Assembly (NCBI GenBank): GCA_018985225.1
Contig: JADGIF010000512.1
Coordinates: forward strand, 1-7,360
From: Amoeboradix gromovi X-113
Taxonomy: Eukaryota; Fungi; Sanchytriomycota
Direction: 5' to 3'
Length of the DNA stretch: 7,360 nt
The stretch's first letter is position 1, and the number at the start of each line of letters is the position of its first letter. This document shows, in pieces, positions 1-6,943 of the stretch. The notes under the pieces were generated by a model. That model did not search any database. It was not told the origin of the DNA and worked only from the letters and a program-made list of their open reading frames with translations. A program made the position numbers and the translations under genes.

Positions 1-434
1 AATTAGTTTTTACCAAGTAACCCGCGTATGTGACCTGAAGGCTGGGTGTGTATTGTTTTGACACGCGTCGAGATCTTCGTTGCAATTGCATCAAAGTGCG
101 TACAATAGCGCGACCTTGCATTCCAAGGGGTAGTTGAATGCTCTATTCTGGGTGCCATAACCATGACAAATGCCACATATTTAGAAGCATCACATGTCTA
201 ACATGTGTTGAAATAAGATTTTTAGGAAATTGGCCAAATCGGCTGAAGAAATTGCACATTGTTCAATCTGTTTGAGAAACCAGAGAACCTATCGTTTTTG
301 ACAGCGATATGGGAATGCAGCACTGCTATACAGACACGACAGAGAGTTTTCACCTTTGTATGATCTCATTTTCTTAAAGCGCGTCTCACATGATTCGTTT
401 AATGTTAAGCGACTAGGGGTTATTTTCCTAACAA

Positions 435-1973
435 ATGCTCTCGTTGCTCACATTCATTAGTGCATCATCTATTCAAGAAACCTACCCTGATGTTAAAATT
501 GATGAAGGCGTAGTACAGCTAACAAAGGACAACTTTGATAGCTTTATTAATGCTTTTCCTTTACCTGTGATTGTCGAGTTTTACGCTCCTTGGTGTGGGT
601 TTTGTAAGAAATTAAAGCCTGAATACGAAGCTGCTGCTAAAGTCCTCTGGGACCAAGAAAAGGCGCCTTTGGTTAAAGTGGACTGCACTGAAGACAAGGA
701 AGTCTGTGATAGATTCGGTGTTGAAGGTTTTCCTACACTAAAAGTGTTCTCCAAGAATAAAAAACCAACTACCTACGAGGGGGAACGAACTAAAGATGGT
801 GTTGTTGACTATATTGTTCGATCGCGTCTACCACCTGTTACTGCGTTAGAATCTGTGGAAAAGCTCAAGGACTTGATGTCCAAATTTGGTTCACTGATTA
901 TTTGCCACTCCAAGGGTCCTGCATTTAAAGAGGTTGCTGAATCAATTCGCGATGTAGCTGCCTTTGTTAGTGTCAGTGATAAGATTGCTGATGCAGTTGG
1001 TAAATCTTTGAATGTCGTATTGGAACCTGACCATTTGTTTTTATTGACTCCATTCTTAGAGGCCCCAGTTGCTTATGGTAAAATATCAGATGCTGAATCT
1101 CTTTCTACTTGGATTAAGCGAAGATTGCTACCTGTTTTGGGCTCTGTAACTCCAGAAAACTTTAAAAAGTACAGTGATTCAGAGCTACCTTTAGGATTTA
1201 TATTCTATAAGACTGAGGACGACAAAAAGATTGTGAATGATGCTTTGAAGAAGTCTGCTAGTGATCAGTGGGGTGCTGTCAATTTTGGATTTGTTAACGG
1301 CGACGAGCATGCCGACTTTGCTGAATCATTAGGATTAGAGAAAAATGTGTTTCCTGCAATGTCGATTCAGAACCTAAAGAGACAAATCAACTTCCCATAC
1401 AAGGGCGAATGGAAAAAAGAAGCTTTGACTAAATTTGTAAATGATTTCGTGTCAGGTAAATTAAAACCTCATTTGAAATCCGACGCTGTGCCCGAGAACA
1501 AAATAGAAGATCACGTTACTGTGGTTGTAGGTACTCAATTTGAGGAGATTGTACTTGATAAAACCAAGGATGTGTTGGTTGAATTATACGCACCATGGTG
1601 TGGTTTCTGTAAGAAGCTTGCACCGGTATGGAGTAAATTAGCGGAACATGTAAAGGGTGATCATCTAGTGATTGCAAAGATGGATGGTACCACAAATGAC
1701 ATGCCATTGAGTGTAGACTACAGCGTTAAGGGATTTCCAAGCATTTTGTTTTTTAAAGCCAAAGACAACAAGTTGTTGGAATACAATAGTGGAAATAGAG
1801 AAGCAACTGATTTCTATGCGTTCTTAAAAGAGAATGCTCATTATAAAGATATTACTGCAAACGAGGCTGAATTAGCTACCAAGGAAGCAGAAGATGAAGA
1901 AGAAGAAAAGGTAGTTGAAGATGAAGAGGACGAGCAGGCAGATGATGAAGTGGAAGATAAGGAAGAGTTGTAA
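435..1973 (+). CDS. PDI1: Protein disulfide isomerase (PDIA1/Pdi1-type, a-b-b'-a'-c architecture), 512 aa
   Basis: Two thioredoxin domains with EFYAPWCGFCKKL and ELYAPWCGFCKKL, each followed by a cis-proline motif (GFPTL, GFPSI). Two non-catalytic domains lie between them, with the conserved KLKPHLKSD linker. Short hydrophobic N-terminus, acidic C-terminal tail, KEEL ER-retention-like end, TAA stop, no introns needed. Confidence 0.96.
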   Translation: MLSLLTFISASSIQETYPDVKIDEGVVQLTKDNFDSFINAFPLPVIVEFYAPWCGFCKKLKPEYEAAAKVLWDQEKAPLVKVDCTEDKEVCDRFGVEGFPTLKVFSKNKKPTTYEGERTKDGVVDYIVRSRLPPVTALESVEKLKDLMSKFGSLIICHSKGPAFKEVAESIRDVAAFVSVSDKIADAVGKSLNVVLEPDHLFLLTPFLEAPVAYGKISDAESLSTWIKRRLLPVLGSVTPENFKKYSDSELPLGFIFYKTEDDKKIVNDALKKSASDQWGAVNFGFVNGDEHADFAESLGLEKNVFPAMSIQNLKRQINFPYKGEWKKEALTKFVNDFVSGKLKPHLKSDAVPENKIEDHVTVVVGTQFEEIVLDKTKDVLVELYAPWCGFCKKLAPVWSKLAEHVKGDHLVIAKMDGTTNDMPLSVDYSVKGFPSILFFKAKDNKLLEYNSGNREATDFYAFLKENAHYKDITANEAELATKEAEDEEEEKVVEDEEDEQADDEVEDKEEL

Positions 1974-1975
1974 CT

Positions 1976-1981
1976 AATAAA
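1976..1981 (+). terminator. Candidate polyadenylation signal AATAAA of the PDI gene
   Basis: AATAAA 2 nt after the PDI stop codon. The motif is common by chance in AT-rich DNA. Confidence 0.3.
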
Positions 1982-2408
1982 TCAGTGACTTTCATTTCTA
2001 AAAATAGTTTATAGTTTGATTGGATAAACCATTAATCCTGATTAAACAAATGTTATCGCTTCAATAACTTCACTCTAATCCTCTAATTTAATACATTCTA
2101 CACTCAGAAACTAGCCTTGCCGTGAATTTATAGTCGCAGCAAAGAGAAAATATCGGCAAAATTTGTTCAAGCATATTATAGTCAATGTATGCTGGCATTG
2201 CGAGTTCCTAGCGAAGAATCCTGATTTTCACCAAGTGATAGGTTTTGCGGAAGAATCTTAGTTGCATTATCATCTTAACGATGACATTGAGTTTAAACAG
2301 AGTTATTTTTATGTTTATGAATTACTATTTACTCACTTATAAGTTGGAATAGGTTTATTGGCTGCCTTACCAGTCTTGGGGATTTTAGAAAAAGAATGTT
2401 TGCTTTCA

Positions 2409-4913
2409 CTAAAGCCTAATAAAACGTTGGCCTATATAAACAGGAATTACCTTTATTGGTTTATAAAAATTGCCGATTCTCTTTTGTCCTTTCAATCCCA
2501 CTATAAATCCAAGACAGCAGCAGAAGCCTAGTATTAAACAGCAAAACCACATTCCGTTTAATGATGTAGTAATATTTACACAAATATCAGAATAAACCAA
2601 GTCGTCCACTGCAGATATCAGAGACTTGCAGCTTGTCATCGAATACAAGGCATCTACTACTGGCTCAATTGTTTTGATTAATCCAGAATCAACATGGTCC
2701 ACCAAGACTTGCTTAACGATTAAAATAAATAAATCCAAGTTTTGTGGGATAGCATCGGTAATAACACTCATACTGCTTGTCTGCTTTTTCAATTCATTAG
2801 TGTAGTCTAATACTAGGCTAATGTTTTTAATCATTAGGTTCATGTCCGTGTTTAATTCAATGACACTAACATTTTGAATATAATCTAACTTAACATTAAC
2901 CATGGTCAAATTAGATTGCATATTCGTAATCTGAATGTTCCCAGCTGATTTAAAGTTGGCCTGAGCTGATATAACACTCCATCTAGACTGAAATCCACTT
3001 CTTAATACACTATTAGATATGGTTACAGTAGCATCAAAAATGGTAGATAATATCGTGGATTCATTTAGACTAATCCATGTGCTATTCTCTATATATACGT
3101 CCGCGTTGAAATGCTCAATAGAATAAATAAAAGCGGTATTATTCCAACTTGGATTGAAACTTGTCAAGCTTAAACTATCACTAAAATTGGATGTTTTAGA
3201 AGATGTATCATCAAGGCTAATGTTTATTGATTTTAAAGAGGTATAGTTAACACTGCTTCCCAAATCTAATGCTGCAAATGAGTCAAACTGGGTACTTATG
3301 TTTGGTACAGCAATCGATGCAACATCTACATTTAATAAACTAGATTGATTTATTCTTATTAACTGGTATATGCTTGATATGTTCTTTTTTAGCAGACCAC
3401 TCAAATCCAAGTCACCTATGCTTTGCAACTTATCGCCATTTTTATTAATGTCAACCTGCAATAACGATAAATCATTTCTACATCCATCTAAAACATACTT
3501 TGGATTAATGGACTTATTCATCAACGCAAGATTAGTAGAAAATATTACGCCTTTTGAATATGACTTACAAATGTCATTAAATGGAATTGAGAGAATAAAA
3601 AAGATAAAAAACTGAAGCCAGTATATTAGGCCGACGAAGACTATAATAATGGTAAGAGGTTTTATAAAATTGCGTTTTCTTAGCACGATACCAGCCAGCG
3701 CTAACAACCATGGTAACATAGAAAAAGCATAAAACGCTCGATAAACATCATTTCTGATTTCATCACCACTTTTAATTTGCTTTAAAAGATTTCCAATCAT
3801 TTTTTCTGTAGATTTTATAGTACCGGTAGGTACTATTTCAATTTTGTTACCAAAATTTAACGTTGAACCGATATTGCTCGGAATCATGACATTTAAAGTA
3901 ATATTCAAGGTAGAAGAGAGGGTATCCCCAATGCTTACGAACTCAGAGGTAACAGAATCTAGTTTGCTGATGACATTTGGAATACCGTTGACATCGGACT
4001 GCAACTTGGTGACATTTGGAGTTTTACTCATATCAGGTAGTTCAACGCTGTTCAATTGATTCAAAGAAGGTGTGTCGGATAAATAATAGTCGACTCCAGC
4101 AATACTTACAACGCTATAAGAATTAATGACTTCTGAAATCCAACTAATATCTAAGGTAATGTTGTTAACAAGAGCATGAACATTATCATTTAAATTGGCA
4201 GTGTTATTCATATTTACCTTCATCTTTCTAATGTTTGCGTCCATGGCAAATGTAATGTTTGTTAGATTGTCCATAACAGGATTCAAAAGATTTGAATCAA
4301 TTGAGCTGGTCCAATTATATCCAATTATATCCGCTTTCATAGCATCAACACCCTGCTGGACTAGGCTTGGAATATGAGTTAAGTTGCTGTTTAAACCATC
4401 TTGAAAACTTCTGACTTGACTTATTAAATTCAATGAAGCAGGCCCCGAGCTTATAATTCCAACACCAAATTGGTCACTAAACATTACAAGAAATCCACCG
4501 AATATTCCAAAAACCAATGCAGTAACAGTTATAATTATACTAATTATCATTGCTGACAAACTAGAATAGCCTTCTGGCATAGGCTTTCTCCCACCGCATT
4601 TATTACAGCCTAATCTACATATACAAGTAGCACAGGCTGATAATAACAGACCAAGCATCAAAACAAGACAAATTACAGTAAAAATTCCAATAACTAAAAA
4701 TTCAGACTGAAGAGTAGCTAAATTAGAGGGTATCTTCAAATACTCATCGATTGTACGACCATCGTGCTTCCATAATAGATTCTGCAAATTCAAAGCAGAA
4801 ATCGCAATTCCATTTGATTGCTGCGTGAGCTTGGACATGGACTGACCTCTTGCAAAAGTTATTTTTCCAAACCTCACAAATGTTCTACAATAAAGCAGCT
4901 TGAAGTATAGCAA
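2409..4913 (-). CDS. Prominin-like (CD133 family) five-transmembrane glycoprotein; both termini uncertain, short terminal introns likely
   Basis: TM1 is followed by a Cys-rich loop (CATCICRLGCNKCGG) and TM2, then a large N-glycosylation-rich loop, the TM3/TM4 hairpin followed by NDIC, a second large loop, and C..L...IC...LNGMWFCCL leading into TM5 and a basic tail. This is the prominin topology and motif pattern. The track start is TTG; the first in-frame ATG is at 4838. Confidence 0.8.
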   Translation of the reverse strand: MLYFKLLYCRTFVRFGKITFARGQSMSKLTQQSNGIAISALNLQNLLWKHDGRTIDEYLKIPSNLATLQSEFLVIGIFTVICLVLMLGLLLSACATCICRLGCNKCGGRKPMPEGYSSLSAMIISIIITVTALVFGIFGGFLVMFSDQFGVGIISSGPASLNLISQVRSFQDGLNSNLTHIPSLVQQGVDAMKADIIGYNWTSSIDSNLLNPVMDNLTNITFAMDANIRKMKVNMNNTANLNDNVHALVNNITLDISWISEVINSYSVVSIAGVDYYLSDTPSLNQLNSVELPDMSKTPNVTKLQSDVNGIPNVISKLDSVTSEFVSIGDTLSSTLNITLNVMIPSNIGSTLNFGNKIEIVPTGTIKSTEKMIGNLLKQIKSGDEIRNDVYRAFYAFSMLPWLLALAGIVLRKRNFIKPLTIIIVFVGLIYWLQFFIFFILSIPFNDICKSYSKGVIFSTNLALMNKSINPKYVLDGCRNDLSLLQVDINKNGDKLQSIGDLDLSGLLKKNISSIYQLIRINQSSLLNVDVASIAVPNISTQFDSFAALDLGSSVNYTSLKSINISLDDTSSKTSNFSDSLSLTSFNPSWNNTAFIYSIEHFNADVYIENSTWISLNESTILSTIFDATVTISNSVLRSGFQSRWSVISAQANFKSAGNIQITNMQSNLTMVNVKLDYIQNVSVIELNTDMNLMIKNISLVLDYTNELKKQTSSMSVITDAIPQNLDLFILIVKQVLVDHVDSGLIKTIEPVVDALYSMTSCKSLISAVDDLVYSDICVNITTSLNGMWFCCLILGFCCCLGFIVGLKGQKRIGNFYKPIKVIPVYIGQRFIRL

Positions 4914-5003
4914 TATAGAGTAAATGCAAAATTTGATTTATTAAGTATTACAAGAGTTATAGAAGTTCGCATATCCCCTTACAGATTTTCAGAGCAGCTT
5001 GGC

Positions 5004-5864
5004 TTACTTCCACCATCGAGCACGATAGGTTTTCACTAGCCAAACACTTAGAATAACAAGAGTAAAAGGCACCAAAATGAACTTCATCAACCAACTACCA
5101 TGCAGGTGCATGATTTGCGTTGAGCTAGATGCATTGTCGCTTTCTGTTCCGGATATACCACTCAAATTTTGAATAAATTGAAGGTTGTGACGAATGTCAA
5201 AAGGAAATTGGCCCTTGGTCTCTGATAATGTTTCTAGTGTAATTATTGATCCCAGTGCATTTGCCAACTGCTTTGAATTCCTTATATCAATAAAGACAAG
5301 CAAATAAATCCAATCGGCTGGTTGGTACTTGGACAGAATAAAGGAATTGCAATCATTGTTCATGAATAAACGGTCTTGCCAGCAGCGTTTGTAGACCAGA
5401 TATACTCCAACATTGAACTCGTAAATGTTAGATATACTTGGGTCTTCCATGGATCGCATAAAGATTATTGATTCCAGCCTATTCTGAGAATAAATACTCG
5501 CAACTAAGATGTCAAAATTGCGTTTGTTGTTTTCATCAAATTTATAAGCAGTAGGCCATATGGTTATTATAAAATGAAAAACTTCATTCCACAACAAAAT
5601 TTCCACATCCCTTTTCAGATGATCCACGTGAGATTTGGTCTTAACTATAGACTCTTTTAAATTAAATGTACTGTTTTTAATTTCATGCTGATGTAGCGCA
5701 GCTGATTGCTCAGTATAAGCAATCTTTTCCTTCAAAAGCTCGATTTGGTCTAAATTGCTGCATTGCTTTTCAATAGACTTTCCAAATTCAATTTGAGAGC
5801 TAGCGGCGAAAATTTTCGGCTTACTAAGCAGAAGTGAAAAGAGCAATGACGCGATCACAATCAT
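5004..5864 (-). CDS. Uncharacterised single-pass membrane protein (signal peptide, coiled-coil-like segment, C-terminal TM), ~286 aa
   Basis: ATG at 5864 gives MIVIASLLFSLLLSKPKIFA, which is signal-peptide-like. Heptad-like region LDQIELLKEKIAY...LKRDVEILL. C-terminal hydrophobic FILVPFTLVILSVWLV followed by basic KTYRAR. No family recognised. Confidence 0.7.
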   Translation of the reverse strand: MIVIASLLFSLLLSKPKIFAASSQIEFGKSIEKQCSNLDQIELLKEKIAYTEQSAALHQHEIKNSTFNLKESIVKTKSHVDHLKRDVEILLWNEVFHFIITIWPTAYKFDENNKRNFDILVASIYSQNRLESIIFMRSMEDPSISNIYEFNVGVYLVYKRCWQDRLFMNNDCNSFILSKYQPADWIYLLVFIDIRNSKQLANALGSIITLETLSETKGQFPFDIRHNLQFIQNLSGISGTESDNASSSTQIMHLHGSWLMKFILVPFTLVILSVWLVKTYRARWWK

Positions 5865-5999
5865 TGTTGATTCAAACACTCCAGTTTTTTAATGTTAACA
5901 AAAGGTTGATTTAGACACGTTGATTGGAGGTCTAAGTCTGTTGAGAGAAACAAGAATAATAATTTATTTTAGAGAGATATGGCTCAGTTTATCACCTAG

Positions 6000-6392
6000 A
6001 GATGAGGCCGGATGCTCTTAAGCTTGCCGGAATTTACATGGCAACTACAGCATGATTCAGAACCATTTTATTCTTAACGATGCAGAGCAAATGCGTTACT
6101 TTCAGGTGAGCCGATCAATTTCTTACCAAGAAGTCTCTTAGTACCACTGAGATAGTGCCAATGACTTGCCACCCACATAACAAATCTCTTTGATTACCTG
6201 CCTTTACGAGCTTATGACTTTACTCTTTCCGTCTCTATAATCATAAGTTACATTCCTGGGTAAGGTTTCTCCAAACAGCAGTTCTCTACTCGTTTAATTC
6301 ATTATTTTTTGCTCGATTTGGAATCTTCGAAAGCGTTCTTTCTTGACTTCCATAATGCAAAATTCGGGATCTTTAAAATGGAAAGTTGACAT
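6000..6392 (-). pseudogene. Heavily decayed Fanzor1/TnpB-like remnant (central region through RuvC-II and first Cys pair)
   Basis: Manual translation with stops and frameshifts: KKERFRRFQIEQKIMN*TSRELLFG...ICYVG/ASHWHYLSGTKRLLGKKLI/AHLKVTHLLCIV/E*NGSESCCSCH. The order matches my recollection of Fanzor1 (RF.rY..kQk; hydrophobic-G..s; G...kkl; V.E..TS..CxxC). It needs about 3 frameshifts and 3 stops. Confidence 0.4.
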
Positions 6393-6422
6393 GGGACACC
6401 AAATATAAAAACTAGACTAACT
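6391..6422 (+). repeat. Terminal inverted repeat (element right end in Fanzor orientation)
   Basis: atgggacaccaaatataaaaactagactaact. Confidence 0.92.
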
Positions 6423-6480
6423 CGTTTTTAAAGGAAGTGCACCATACAGAGGGTATAATGCTATCATTAATAAAAGATCT
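6391..6480 (-). ncRNA. Candidate omegaRNA scaffold at the element right end (5' boundary unknown)
   Basis: Minus-strand hairpin GCAUUAUAC-CCUCU-GUAUGGUGC (6461-6439, 9 bp with 2 G-U pairs) and hairpin UAAAAAC...GUUUUUA (6430-6406), directly before the element end. Confidence 0.35.
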
Positions 6481-6880
6481 TCTATTATACCAATTTTCTT
6501 TCATTGATTGTATTCCCCTCTTCCAAATAAAACTAGAATACCCTGCATCTCGTTCAAATATATGAGGTCTTTGAGAATCTAAGCAAAAGGTGCATTTTCT
6601 TAGACGGTACTCTTTTCTAGAGTCATTTTGTAATGTTATACTAACATCATTACTCTTATCTATTTCCTTGAAGTGTAATAGTGATATTTTATTTGAAATA
6701 AAGATTGGATGAAAGAGTAAGAGAAAAGCTGCACAGAATATTTATTTTTGAAATTTCGATACAAAAAGTTATTTATTTTCCTTTTATACTCGTCAACTCC
6801 GCAACTAGCTGAATGTCCACTCGCCTCTTAAATCCATAAATTAATAAAGCTGAAATAATCTTCCAAGTTGTTACAGAAAG
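6412..6880 (-). pseudogene. Truncated, interrupted Fanzor/TnpB-like nuclease C-terminus (RuvC-II, zinc finger, RuvC-III)
   Basis: SVTTWKIISALLIYGFKRRVDIQLV/GVDEY (6800-6786), then a 108-nt insert, then YTSRK (6677-6663)/DKSNDVSITLQNDSRKEYRLRKCTFC (Cys at 6594 and 6585) LDSQRPHIFERD (RD 6552-6547) ...KNELV*. A stop-free 109-codon frame spans 6741-6412, with its TAG inside the TIR. Confidence 0.6.
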
Positions 6881-6910
6881 TTGGTCCAGTTTTTATATTT
6901 GATGTCCCAT
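6879..6910 (-). repeat. Terminal inverted repeat (element left end in Fanzor orientation)
   Basis: Reverse complement is atgggacatcaaatataaaaactggaccaact; it differs from the other TIR at positions 9, 24 and 28 only. Confidence 0.92.
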
Positions 6911-6943
6911 TTGTTTTAAACATTATTCTTGTTTTTGAAGAGT

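Larger units (their letters stand above)
6391..6910 (-). mobile_element. Non-autonomous TIR DNA transposon (MITE-sized, 520 bp) carrying a Fanzor-like fragment
   Basis: 32-bp inverted repeats at 6391-6422 and 6879-6910 with 3 mismatches. Ends read AT|GGGACA...TGTCCC|AT. No transposase ORF inside. Confidence 0.85.

Noticed and set aside
1-430. Possible coding or RNA gene upstream of PDI
   Set aside because: Only short frames on either strand and no recognisable tRNA, snRNA or UPRE consensus.
1516-1707. 63-aa minus-strand ORF
   Set aside because: Antisense shadow inside the well-supported PDI gene.
1860-1970. GAA/GAT-rich low-complexity stretch
   Set aside because: Simply encodes the acidic PDI tail; not an independent repeat.
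3370-4377. Three short plus-strand ORFs (81, 71 and 60 aa)
   Set aside because: Antisense shadows of the prominin-like CDS; no motifs.
2272-6082. Shared 11-mer tcttaacgatg at ~2272 and ~6072
   Set aside because: Similarity does not extend on either side; compatible with chance.
6385-6392. ATGTCAAC on the minus strand resembling IS200/IS605 right-end TCAA motifs
   Set aside because: Lies outside the TIR boundary and is too short; the element ends are better explained by the TIRs.
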